From an uncultured Gammaproteobacteria bacterium (lineage in GTDB: Bacteria; Pseudomonadota; Gammaproteobacteria; Steroidobacterales; Steroidobacteraceae), in contig CAVTNX010000026.1 of the NCBI GenBank assembly GCA_963736205.1, positions 2,956 to 66,955 of the forward strand: 64,000 nt of DNA. The letters are read 5' to 3'. The notes beneath the pieces were generated by a model. That model had not been told where the DNA came from and ran no database searches. It saw only the letters and a list, made by a program, of their open reading frames with translations. The position numbers and the translations under genes are program-made. Below, one piece after another: positions 30,872-39,647 of this stretch; positions within the stretch are counted from its first letter, which is position 1; every line of letters begins with the position of its first letter.

Positions 30872-32035
30872 CCTCCCGCCCGCCGCCAGCGAAAGCATCA
30901 GGACCGCGGCCGCGGCGGTCACCAGCGCGGACACCGCAAATGCGGTCGTAGAGCCGAAACGCTCCCAGATCAGGCCGAACAACACCGCGCCGGGCAGCGC
31001 GAGCAGTCCGCTCGCCAGGTGATACAACCCGAAGGCCGTGCCGCGCTGCTCGGCGGCAGCGTGGTCCCCGATCACGGATCGTTCTGCGGGCTCCGTGATG
31101 GCAAGCGTGGCCGAATAGGCGATGAACAGCGCCCAGACGCCCAATTTCCCCGGGCCGGCGAAGGCCAGCAGCGACAGCACAAGCACTCGAAGTGACCAGC
31201 CTCCAAGCAGCAGCGGCAGGCGCCCGATGCGGTCGGAGAGGATACCGGCCGGCATTGCGATCAGCATCTTGGCCACGCTGGCCGCGGCCCAGACCAGCGG
31301 CACCCAGACCACCTGCAATCCAGCCTGCCGCGCCCAGAGCACGACGAACACCTCCGGCACGCTTGCAAGCGCAAGCAGGCCCGCGGCGACGATCATTGCG
31401 CGCAGCCGGCCGTGCAGCGCGCCCCAGGAGAATTTCGGTGGTGCCGGCACCGCAGCCGCCTGCGCCGGGGGCACGCCGAAATAAAGCAGCAGCAGCACCA
31501 TCACGCCGGGCACGGCCGATGCCAGGAACACGTGCTTAAGGTCCACCTGTGACGACAGAAGCGCGAAAGCGAGCAGCGGACCGATCACCGAGCCCGCATG
31601 GTCCATGGAGCGGTGGAATCCGAAGGACCGTCCGCGCTGCTCAGGCCCCGCTGCCGCCGCGATCAACGCATCGCGTGGCGCGGTACGGATGCCCTTGCCG
31701 ACGCGGTCGAGGAAACGCAGCACCAGCACGGCGGGCCAGCCTATGGCCAACCCTATCAGCGGTCGCATCGAGTTCGACAGCGTATAGCCGCCGAGCACCA
31801 GCGACTTCGCGCGCACGCCCCGGTCGGCCATTCGACCCGAGACCAGTTTCAGCACACTCGCCGTGGCTTCTGCCAGCCCCTCGACCAGGCCGACGATCGC
31901 CGGCCCGGCGCCCAGCGCGGCGGTCAGGAAGATCGGCAGCAGCGGCGTGATCATCTCGCTCGCCGCGTCGTTCAGCAGCGAGACCAGGCCGAGCACGACG
32001 ACCGTACGCGGCAGCGCGGAACGCACGGCTGTCAT
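30842..32035 (-). CDS. MFS transporter
   Basis: ATG at 32035. 397 aa, about 12 TM. LNDAASEMITPLLPIF and SGRMADRG motifs. Its 3' end overlaps the restored hisIE 3' end by about 30 nt (convergent). Confidence 0.8.
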   Translation of the reverse strand: MTAVRSALPRTVVVLGLVSLLNDAASEMITPLLPIFLTAALGAGPAIVGLVEGLAEATASVLKLVSGRMADRGVRAKSLVLGGYTLSNSMRPLIGLAIGWPAVLVLRFLDRVGKGIRTAPRDALIAAAAGPEQRGRSFGFHRSMDHAGSVIGPLLAFALLSSQVDLKHVFLASAVPGVMVLLLLYFGVPPAQAAAVPAPPKFSWGALHGRLRAMIVAAGLLALASVPEVFVVLWARQAGLQVVWVPLVWAAASVAKMLIAMPAGILSDRIGRLPLLLGGWSLRVLVLSLLAFAGPGKLGVWALFIAYSATLAITEPAERSVIGDHAAAEQRGTAFGLYHLASGLLALPGAVLFGLIWERFGSTTAFAVSALVTAAAAVLMLSLAAGGRSGPPVVSRA

Positions 32036-32045
32036 CGCCTGTTCG

Positions 32046-33161
32046 TCAGTGCGGCTGCTCGAGCAGGATGCGCAGCATCCTCCTGAGGGGCTCGGCGGCA
32101 CCCCACAACAACTGGTCGCCAACCGTGAAGGCGGTCAGGTATTCGCCTCCCATGGCCAGCTTGCGCACTCGTCCCACCGGTACCTCGAGAGTACCGCTGA
32201 CGCGCGCCGGCGTGAGCTCGCGGATCGACGACTCGCGATCATTGGGCACCAGTCGCACCCAGTCGTTGGCGTCGGCGATCAACTGCTCGATCTCGCCGAG
32301 CGGCAGGTCGCGTTTCAACTTGATGGTCACGGCCTGGCTGTGGCAGCGCATCGCACCGACACGCACGCAGACGCCGTCCACCGGGATCACGTGCACGACG
32401 CGACCGAGGATCTTGTTGGTCTCGGCGCCGCCCTTCCATTCCTCGCGACTCTGGCCATTGCCCAGGTCCTTGTCGATCCACGGAATGAGGCTGCCGGCCA
32501 GCGGCACCGAAAAATGCTCGGTCGGCAGGCCCGGGCTTCGCAGCGCATCGGTCACGGCGCGGTCGATGTCGAGGATCGCGCTGCCCGGATCGGCCAGCTG
32601 TCCTGCTGCTGCCGCGTGCAGCGCACCCATCTGCTCGAGCAATTCGCGCATGTTCTGCGCACCCGCACCGGACGCCGCCTGGTAGGTCATGGTGGTGATC
32701 CACTCGACCAGTCCTTCGCGGAACAGTCCGCCGAACGCCATCAGCATCAGCGATACCGTGCAGTTCCCGCCGATGAAGTCCCGGACTCCTCCGCGCAAGC
32801 CCTCATCGATGACCGTGCGGTTCACGGGGTCGAGGATGATGACGGCGTCGTCCTTCATCCGCAGCGCCGAGGCAGCGTCAATCCAGTAGCCGTTCCAGCC
32901 GGCGGCCCGCAGCCTCGGATGCACTGAATTCGTGTATTCACCGCCCTGGCAGCTCAGGATCACGTCACACGCCGCCAGCGCGTCGAGGTCATTGGCATCG
33001 CCGAGAACGCCCGAGCCACGGCCGACGTCGGGAGCCTGGCCACCGGCCCGGGAGGTGCTGAAAAACAGCGGCTCGAACAGGGCGAAATCACGCTCCTCGG
33101 CCATGCGTTGCATCAGGACCGAGCCCACCATACCCCGCCAGCCGACGATGCCTGTCTTCAC
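32046..33161 (-). CDS. asd: Aspartate-semialdehyde dehydrogenase
   Basis: 371 aa. [21 protein letters not shown] (active-site Cys), [11 protein letters not shown]. Confidence 0.95.
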   Translation of the reverse strand: MKTGIVGWRGMVGSVLMQRMAEERDFALFEPLFFSTSRAGGQAPDVGRGSGVLGDANDLDALAACDVILSCQGGEYTNSVHPRLRAAGWNGYWIDAASALRMKDDAVIILDPVNRTVIDEGLRGGVRDFIGGNCTVSLMLMAFGGLFREGLVEWITTMTYQAASGAGAQNMRELLEQMGALHAAAAGQLADPGSAILDIDRAVTDALRSPGLPTEHFSVPLAGSLIPWIDKDLGNGQSREEWKGGAETNKILGRVVHVIPVDGVCVRVGAMRCHSQAVTIKLKRDLPLGEIEQLIADANDWVRLVPNDRESSIRELTPARVSGTLEVPVGRVRKLAMGGEYLTAFTVGDQLLWGAAEPLRRMLRILLEQPH

Positions 33162-33178
33162 CCTCTACTCCGTCGACG

Positions 33179-35767
33179 CTAGATGACCAGTTCCCGCGCG
33201 GGTTCGCGCAGGTTGTACCAGGAACTCATGACGTGACCATACGCTCCTGCGTTCGCGATCAGGATAGTGTCGCCCTCCACGGTCGGCGGCAACAGGCGCT
33301 CGTGCCCGAGGTAGTCGGCCGATTCGCAGATCGGACCGACCACGTTGTAGACCTCGGTGCCCGGCTCGCCGAGGCGCGTCAGGTTCACGATGTCATGGTG
33401 TGAGCCGTACAGCGCCGGTCGCAGCAGCGAGTTCATCCCGGTCGCGACGCCCACGTACTGTACCGTTCCCTTGCCCTTGAGCTGGGTGACCTGCGCCAGC
33501 AGCACCCCGGCCTGGGCCACAAGGAATCGCCCCGGCTCGAGCCAGATCGCAAGCTCCGGCCAGCGGACCTTTATGTCCTCGATCACGCCCTGCAGCATCG
33601 CGAGGTCCACCGGCACCTGGCCCGGCTTCTCCGGCACGCCCAGCCCGCCGCCCAGGTCGATGACCTTGACGTCGGGAAATCGCGCAGCGAGGCCGCCGAG
33701 CAACTGCCCGACCTGCTGCCAGTTGCGCACGTCGAACACACCGCTGCCCGTGTGGGCGTGCAGGCCGACAATGCGGGCGCCGGCGGCCGCGACCAGGCGT
33801 TCGAGTTCGTCGAGCTCGAACAGTGGAACGCCGAACTTCGAATGCACGCCCGCGGTACGGACGTGGTCGTGGTGCCCGCGGCCAAATCCAGTATCGAGCC
33901 GCACCAGCACGTCTCGGCCCCGGAACAACTCCGGCCAGTGACGTAGTGCGTGCAGGTTGTCGAGCGTGAGGTGAATGCCGCGCTCGAGCGCCCACTCATA
34001 CTCCGAGCGCGGCGCGAAATTCGGCGTGAAGAGGATGTTGCCCCTGTCGATGCCGGGCAGCGTCTCGAGCACCCGCTCACACTCGCCCTGTGACACGCAC
34101 TCGAACGCGAGCCCGAGTTCGGCGAACGCGCGCAGGATCTCCGGGTGCGGATTGGCCTTGATCGCGTAGAAGATCCGCTCCACGCCGCCGATCGCCAGCA
34201 ACTGGCGGGCCGTGTGCTCGAGCGTCGCGCGGTCGTACACATAGGCGCAGTTCCCGGCCCTGGCGATGCCTACCAGTTCGTCGCGCCGGCCCTGCCACCA
34301 AGGCGGGCCGCCAACCGGGATCGGTGCGCCGACGCCGTGGATCTGCTCCCAGGTTGGCCCGAGGACGTGGTCGGACGGGGCGTTCCTGACGATCACGTCG
34401 TGCAGCCGGCTCACCAGCCGGTCGCCCTGCTCCTCGTCCACCACGAAGGTGATGTTGAGGTCGTTCGCAGCCTGCGTGACCAGGTAGATGCGCTGCTCCT
34501 CGAACAGTTCCAGCGCGTCGCCGAGACGGTGCAGCGTGGCGCGGATACTGCGGCCGACCAGGCTCACTGCCGCGCAGGGCCCGATCACCTCGACCCGGCA
34601 CAGTTTCGCGAGCGAGCTCACCAGCGCCTCGAGCGCGCGGGCGTCCAGTGCGTTGGCTGCCGGGTCGAGCGACACGGTGACGCTGGTCTCCGACGTGGAA
34701 ACGAGGTCCACCGACACGCCGTGATCCTTGAAGACCGAGAAGGCATCCCCGAGGAAACCCACTTGGTGCCACATGCCCAGCGTTTCCATTGAGAGCAGCG
34801 TGACGCCCTTCCTGCTGCAGACGGCCTTGACCCTCGCACCGCCGTCTCCGCCGGTCGCCGTGACGACCGTGCCCTCGAGATCCGGCTGGTGGGTCGCGTG
34901 GATGGACACCTGGATCCCGTACTGCTTGGCGGGCAGGATGCATCGCGGGTGCAGCACCTTGGCACCGCTGCTCGCGATCTCCTGCGCCTCGTCGTAGTCG
35001 AGCGACTTGAGCAACCGCGCATTCGGCACGGCACGCGGATTCGCGGTGAACATGCCGGGCACGTCGGTCCAGATCTCGAGGCGCCGGGCATGGAGCTTGG
35101 CAGCGAAATAACTGCCGGACGTGTCCGAACCGCCGCGACCGAGCAACACCGTCTCGCCCTTCGCATCGCTGGCAATGAAACCCTGCGTGAGCAGCACGCT
35201 GCCGCCTGCGGCAAGTCGACGCTGCAACTCGACGTCCGGCTCGAAACTGCAGGTGGCGGAAAGGTATCCGGCGCGACGCGTCGCACCGACGCGCTCTTCG
35301 GCATGCAGGATGGTGCGTGCATCGACCCACTGTACGTCGAGCCCCGCGGACGCGAGGAAATCCGCGCCGATGCGGGTCGCCATCAGCTCGCCGGACGCCA
35401 TGACCCGGGCTCGCAGTCGATCGCTGACCTCGCCGATCAGGTGGACACCGGATGCCATCCTGCGCAGCTCGATGAAATGGCGCTCGAGTTCCGGGCTGAT
35501 CGCGATCCCGAGGTCACGCGACAGGTCGGCGTGCCGAAGCTCGATCTGGTCCATCACCGGTTCCCAGTCGCCGGCCAGTGCCTTGTCGAGCAGCTGCTCG
35601 AGGCGGTCGGTGATCCCGGAAAGCGCCGAATGGACGACCAGTGGCCTAAGCCCTTCGTCCAGCCTGGCGCGCACGACGCCGGCCACGTTCTTCCAGTTGC
35701 TTACGCTCGAGACGCTGGTGCCGCCGAATTTGAGGACGACCCAGTGGGAATCTGCATTGCTAGTCAT
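33179..35767 (-). CDS. lysA: Fused aspartate kinase / diaminopimelate decarboxylase
   Basis: 862 aa. The N-terminal ~450 aa are an aspartokinase (VLKFGGTSV, GRGGSDTS, ACT-like region). The C-terminal ~400 aa are a PLP-dependent DAP decarboxylase (YAIKANPHPEIL, HAHTGSG, DLGGGLG, GPICESAD). Confidence 0.9.
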   Translation of the reverse strand: MTSNADSHWVVLKFGGTSVSSVSNWKNVAGVVRARLDEGLRPLVVHSALSGITDRLEQLLDKALAGDWEPVMDQIELRHADLSRDLGIAISPELERHFIELRRMASGVHLIGEVSDRLRARVMASGELMATRIGADFLASAGLDVQWVDARTILHAEERVGATRRAGYLSATCSFEPDVELQRRLAAGGSVLLTQGFIASDAKGETVLLGRGGSDTSGSYFAAKLHARRLEIWTDVPGMFTANPRAVPNARLLKSLDYDEAQEIASSGAKVLHPRCILPAKQYGIQVSIHATHQPDLEGTVVTATGGDGGARVKAVCSRKGVTLLSMETLGMWHQVGFLGDAFSVFKDHGVSVDLVSTSETSVTVSLDPAANALDARALEALVSSLAKLCRVEVIGPCAAVSLVGRSIRATLHRLGDALELFEEQRIYLVTQAANDLNITFVVDEEQGDRLVSRLHDVIVRNAPSDHVLGPTWEQIHGVGAPIPVGGPPWWQGRRDELVGIARAGNCAYVYDRATLEHTARQLLAIGGVERIFYAIKANPHPEILRAFAELGLAFECVSQGECERVLETLPGIDRGNILFTPNFAPRSEYEWALERGIHLTLDNLHALRHWPELFRGRDVLVRLDTGFGRGHHDHVRTAGVHSKFGVPLFELDELERLVAAAGARIVGLHAHTGSGVFDVRNWQQVGQLLGGLAARFPDVKVIDLGGGLGVPEKPGQVPVDLAMLQGVIEDIKVRWPELAIWLEPGRFLVAQAGVLLAQVTQLKGKGTVQYVGVATGMNSLLRPALYGSHHDIVNLTRLGEPGTEVYNVVGPICESADYLGHERLLPPTVEGDTILIANAGAYGHVMSSWYNLREPARELVI

Positions 35768-35825
35768 CGAGCGGTCCTTGGGAAGGCTCCCGAGCCTCGG
35801 AGCCGGGGGCCGCTGTGCGGAATCG

Positions 35826-36035
35826 TCAGACGTCGTCGTAGACGTCCTTCAGTTGCTTCTGCAGCCGCTTCTCGGCGAGCACGTCCTCGAGCTTGCTCCA
35901 CGCGGCCTTGCCGCGTTTCACGGCCGCCGCCTGCTTGCGCCGGTCGGGGCGGTCGATGAAACGGTCGTAGTCCTCTTCGTCGGCGTTTGCCACGAAGTCG
36001 CCGTCCAGGTCGAACTGCTCCGCTTCCCGTTCCAT
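35826..36035 (-). CDS. Small charged hypothetical protein (69 aa)
   Basis: The ORF MEREAEQFDLDGDF..KLEDVLAEKRLQKQLKDVYDDV has an acidic N-terminus and a basic/amphipathic C-terminus. It sits 58 nt upstream of the lysA-fusion gene on the same strand, with a promoter-like TTGTGA-16-TATAGT upstream. No family was assigned confidently. Confidence 0.45.
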   Translation of the reverse strand: MEREAEQFDLDGDFVANADEEDYDRFIDRPDRRKQAAAVKRGKAAWSKLEDVLAEKRLQKQLKDVYDDV

Positions 36036-36201
36036 GTGACGACCTTGAGAAAGTCCTGAGTTTTCAACGCGCTGCCCGAAATTTCGGGCACAGGGCTGCG
36101 AACTATATACGAATCACTTGGCTTCACAAGGGCCTGCTGTTGCAGCGCAGCGGGACGGCGGACGGGACTCGATAAATATCATTTACTACAAACGCTTACG
36201 A

Positions 36202-37017
36202 CTACTTCCGAGACACCGTTATCGGCGCGCCCCTGGCAACCCCCAGGCCTTCGGCAGCACTTCCCTCGGCCCTTGCGACCTCTACCACGGCGAACGAATT
36301 CACCAGCGCGAGGTACTCGCCAGGCCTGACGTCCGAGTAGGTCCGGCGCAGCGGCAGGCCCCGGCCGGCCACCCGGATGACCGGCTGTGCAATGCCCAGC
36401 AGGTGCCGCCGGTCGATGTTCGTGAGCAGGTTTCCGAATCGGTCCACGGTCACGACCGTGCCCGTGACCTGGCCTGGGGCTACGACCGGGTCCTCGATCC
36501 AACCGGGGATCAATTCATCGACCAGCGGGCCGAGGCCGGCCGGCTTCTCCCGCCCGGACGCGAGCTCGGCCGCGAGCGGCGCGAACACATCGCGCCCGTG
36601 AAATGTCGCGCTCGGCGTGTCGAGAGCCAGTCGTCGCAGGCTGTCGGCCGTCACCCGCCGCAGCAGCGGCGAATCGGCAGCGTCCACCACGGCCGCGAGC
36701 AGTCCATTGTCAGGCGCCAGGAACACGTGGCCTTCCGCCTCGACGATCGCAAAATCCCGCTCGCTGCCGACGCCGGGATCGACGACCGCCACGTGGACGG
36801 TCCCGCCGGGGAAGTACCGAAACGACCGGGACAGCCAGAAACCGGCTTCCGCGGGCCAGTGCGCCAGCACGTCGTGCGTGAGGTCCACGATGCTCGCATC
36901 CCTGTATCGCGCCAGCACCTGGCCCTTCATCACCCCGACGAACGGATCCTTGAGCCCGAAATCCGTCGTCAGCGTCACGACGCCGGATGCGCTGAATGGC
37001 CGCGTTCCCGATGTCAT
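36202..37017 (-). CDS. SAM hydroxide adenosyltransferase family protein (DUF62, chlorinase/fluorinase-like)
   Basis: ATG at 37017, 271 aa. VTLTTDFGLKDPFVGVMKG, VVDPGVGS, FHGRDVFAP, VDRFGNLLTNI motifs. Confidence 0.8.
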   Translation of the reverse strand: MTSGTRPFSASGVVTLTTDFGLKDPFVGVMKGQVLARYRDASIVDLTHDVLAHWPAEAGFWLSRSFRYFPGGTVHVAVVDPGVGSERDFAIVEAEGHVFLAPDNGLLAAVVDAADSPLLRRVTADSLRRLALDTPSATFHGRDVFAPLAAELASGREKPAGLGPLVDELIPGWIEDPVVAPGQVTGTVVTVDRFGNLLTNIDRRHLLGIAQPVIRVAGRGLPLRRTYSDVRPGEYLALVNSFAVVEVARAEGSAAEGLGVARGAPITVSRK

Positions 37018-37098
37018 CCGGTGGCACCCGTCTCTGGACCCGCAAGGCGCAGGCGGTGACAGGTTAGACTGCCCCGCCCCTTCCCGCCACGCGACCGC

Positions 37099-37770
37099 AT
37101 GCCCTACCTCTACCTGGTACGCCACGCACAACCGGACTTCACCGGTCACTACGATTCCGTGACCCGACTCGGCATGGAGCAGTCGACCTGGCTCGGCGAA
37201 CATCTTGCAGCGTGTGGGCTGAGGTTCTCACGCGTGATCAGCGGCAGCCTGCAGCGCCAGCGGCAGACGCTCGCGAAGATGCTCGACTGCCTGCCGGAGG
37301 CACCTGCCTCAATCACCGATCCGCGTTTCAATGAATACGACGCGGCGAGCGTGCTCGGCGCGTTCGAGTTCGGCGACGAGCGCGCAATGCGCGCCACCGG
37401 CGACCGGCCGCGCTATTTCACGGCCATGCGCGATGCCTTGCTGGCCTGGTCGCGCCGGGATGAGGCGATCCCCGGCGGGGAGTCCTGGGCCCAGTTTGGA
37501 GCGCGGATCGAGGCCGGCGTGGCGGACGCCTGCTACGGACTCGAGCGCGACGAGAAGGTACTGGTGGTAACTTCGGGCGGCGTGATCGGCCGGGTGATCG
37601 CCGGGATCCTGCGCGCCGGCCCCGACGCGGCGATTCAACTCAACCTGCAGACCCGCAATACCGGGGTCAGTGAAATCGCAAGCGGCCGAACGGCAACGCG
37701 GCTGGTCGTATTCAATGCGGTACCTCACCTCGAGCGCGCCGATCGCGCACACGCGGTGACGCATTCGTAG
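37099..37770 (+). CDS. Histidine phosphatase (phosphoglycerate-mutase-like) family protein
   Basis: 223 aa. LVRHAQ catalytic RHA motif, and a distal His in NAVPHL. Confidence 0.8.
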   Translation: MPYLYLVRHAQPDFTGHYDSVTRLGMEQSTWLGEHLAACGLRFSRVISGSLQRQRQTLAKMLDCLPEAPASITDPRFNEYDAASVLGAFEFGDERAMRATGDRPRYFTAMRDALLAWSRRDEAIPGGESWAQFGARIEAGVADACYGLERDEKVLVVTSGGVIGRVIAGILRAGPDAAIQLNLQTRNTGVSEIASGRTATRLVVFNAVPHLERADRAHAVTHS

Positions 37771-37782
37771 ACGGAAGCGCCC

Positions 37783-38796
37783 TCAGGCCGACTTGATCAA
37801 CGACGCAAGGTTGCGTGTATCGATGCGCCCCGCCATCTGCTCGATCTGGCCGTGGTATCGCGGGGCGATGCCTTTCGCTTCCTCCAGCATGGAAACGAAG
37901 GCCTGCTTCAGCGTCGCCGCGTCGATGCTGCGACCCGACGCGTAATAGCGCTGCGCGACTCGCCCGAGCGCATAGGTGGTCGCGAACGACATGCCGGAAC
38001 TCGCGGCCTGCCGCCCGATCGAGCGTCCCAGGCCGCCGCCGATTCCACCCAGCAGCCCACCCAGCAGCTTGCGCCCGAACTGCTCAAGGTACTGGCCAGT
38101 GAGGCCAACACCGACCGTTGCAAGGAAATCCCGGGCCTGGCTGGCGTCCATCGGATAGCCGTGGGCCTTGCCGATCCTGTAGACCAGCCTCACCTGCAAC
38201 GGGATGATGGCCATCGAGGCCAGCGACTCGGGAAGGATTTCCAGTGCCGCGTTCGTGATCGACGCCTTCAGGATCAACGCGTCGGTCTCGGTATCCGTCA
38301 TCGACGAATGCCCTGTCACGGTTCCCGACAGGCCAGGCGTATCGCTGGCCGTGGCACCGGGTTGCCGCGCAGCTGGAGCCGAAGCGCTCGTGGGCGCCTG
38401 TCCCGGCCCGGCAGCGAACGCCGCATCGGCCACAGCGTCTGCCTGCTGGCTCGTGGCGGCAGCTGCCGCCGCATCCAGGCCAAGTGCACGCGAAAGCGTG
38501 TTGATGAATTCGCGCTCGGCCTGGTTCTGCGCGCCGTCCGCATCGCAAACGCCCAACGCCATTTCAAACGCGAGTTGCCGCGCTTCCGGCGAACCCAGGG
38601 CTCCCGCCACCCGCGCAAGGTCGGGCTTTTCGATCAGCACTTCGCGGTAAAGACCGGGCAGGTCGAATCCGGCGTCCGCTCCCAGCGCATCGGCGACGCG
38701 CTTGACCGCGGCACGCTCACGCTCGTCCTTCAGGCCGTCGGCAAAGGCGGCCATAAGCGCGATGGTGAGGATGGGACGTATATCTTGAGGATTCAT
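37783..38796 (-). CDS. Two-domain protein: N-terminal TerB-like domain and a C-terminal DUF697-like membrane-associated domain
   Basis: ATG at 38796; the longer ORF would read through tRNA-Pro. N-terminus ILTIALMAAFADGLKDERERAAV..AFEMALGVCDADG..EREF is TerB-like. An Ala/Pro/Gly-rich linker follows. The C-terminus ..IPLQVRLVYRIGKAHGY..GGLLGGIGGG..TTYALGRVAQRYY is assigned to DUF697 from memory of the family pattern only. Confidence 0.55.
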   Translation of the reverse strand: MNPQDIRPILTIALMAAFADGLKDERERAAVKRVADALGADAGFDLPGLYREVLIEKPDLARVAGALGSPEARQLAFEMALGVCDADGAQNQAEREFINTLSRALGLDAAAAAATSQQADAVADAAFAAGPGQAPTSASAPAARQPGATASDTPGLSGTVTGHSSMTDTETDALILKASITNAALEILPESLASMAIIPLQVRLVYRIGKAHGYPMDASQARDFLATVGVGLTGQYLEQFGRKLLGGLLGGIGGGLGRSIGRQAASSGMSFATTYALGRVAQRYYASGRSIDAATLKQAFVSMLEEAKGIAPRYHGQIEQMAGRIDTRNLASLIKSA

Positions 38797-38812
38797 ATGG
38801 GGAATTCGAACT

Positions 38813-38888
38813 GGTCGGAGCGAGAGGATTCGAACCTCCGACCCCTTGCACCCCATGCAAGTGCGCTACCAGACTGCGCCACGCTCCG
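38813..38888 (-). tRNA. tRNA-Pro (anticodon GGG)
   Basis: Cloverleaf CGGAGCG-TGGCGCAGTCTGGTAGCGC-ACTTGCATGGGGTGCAAG-GGGTC-GGAGGTTCGAATCCTCT-CGCTCCG-A-CCA. A perfect TATAAT (38905-38900, minus strand) lies 11 nt upstream. Confidence 0.9.
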
Positions 38889-38945
38889 ACCGGGCGCGGA
38901 TTATAGCCGAAACTTGCCTGCCGCCATTGCCTGGCTGCCTGCCGA

Positions 38946-38974
38946 AACGAAAAAGGCCGGCAATGCCGGCCCGG
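38946..38974 (-). terminator. Intrinsic terminator after the merR-like gene
   Basis: Minus strand: GGCCGGC-att-GCCGGCC followed by TTTTTCGTTTC. Confidence 0.6.
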
Positions 38975-39008
38975 ATTCAATCCACGCGTAGATCCAGGAG
39001 CTGCTGGT

Positions 39009-39365
39009 TCAGCGCCTGAGGATCTTCGCGATTTCCTCCAGCTCACCGCGCAGTTGCCGCGACAACTGCTGCGTCTGGGTCACGTCTTCACGGGCTTCCT
39101 CGCCCTCGAGGCGGTTTCGGGCACCGCCGATCGTGAACCCCTGGTCATAGAGCAGCGCACGGATCTGGCGGATCACCAGGACGTCCTGGCGCTGGTAGTA
39201 GCGACGGTTGCCACGACGCTTAACCGGCTTGAGCTGCGGGAACTCCTGCTCCCAGTAGCGCAGCACGTGCGGCTTCACGCCGCAGAGCTCGCTCACCTCA
39301 CCGATGGTGAAGTAGCGCTTTCCCGGGATGGCCGGGAGTTCGTCGTTATTGCTGGGTTCCAGCAT
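39009..39365 (-). CDS. MerR-family transcriptional regulator
   Basis: 118 aa. The [25 protein letters not shown] helix-turn-helix is typical of MerR. Overlaps the ihfA 3' end by 20 nt. Confidence 0.8.
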   Translation of the reverse strand: MLEPSNNDELPAIPGKRYFTIGEVSELCGVKPHVLRYWEQEFPQLKPVKRRGNRRYYQRQDVLVIRQIRALLYDQGFTIGGARNRLEGEEAREDVTQTQQLSRQLRGELEEIAKILRR

Positions 39366-39645
39366 AAGCTTCCACGCGCGCCTTCAGTTTCTGACCTGGA
39401 CGGAACGTCACCACGCGACGTGCACTGATCGGGATCTCCTCGCCAGTCTTTGGATTTCGACCCGGGCGCTGGTTCTTGCTGCGCAGGTCGAAATTTCCGA
39501 AGCCAGACAGCTTGACCTGTTCACCCATCGCCAGCGACGAGCGCAGCTCCTCGAAGAACAGGTCCACGAGCTCGCGCGCCTCACGCTTGTTGAGACCGAG
39601 CTGGTCGAACAGTGCTTCTGCGATTTCGGCCTTGGTCAATGCCAT
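39346..39645 (-). CDS. ihfA: Integration host factor alpha subunit
   Basis: 99 aa. [54 protein letters not shown]. Confidence 0.95.
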   Translation of the reverse strand: MALTKAEIAEALFDQLGLNKREARELVDLFFEELRSSLAMGEQVKLSGFGNFDLRSKNQRPGRNPKTGEEIPISARRVVTFRPGQKLKARVEAYAGTQQ

Positions 39646-39647
39646 CT

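Noticed and set aside
38797-38856. N-terminal 20 codons of ORF 37783..38856 (MGCKGSEVRILSLRPVRIPH)
   Set aside because: This stretch is the reverse complement of part of tRNA-Pro. The internal ATG at 38796 is the plausible start.
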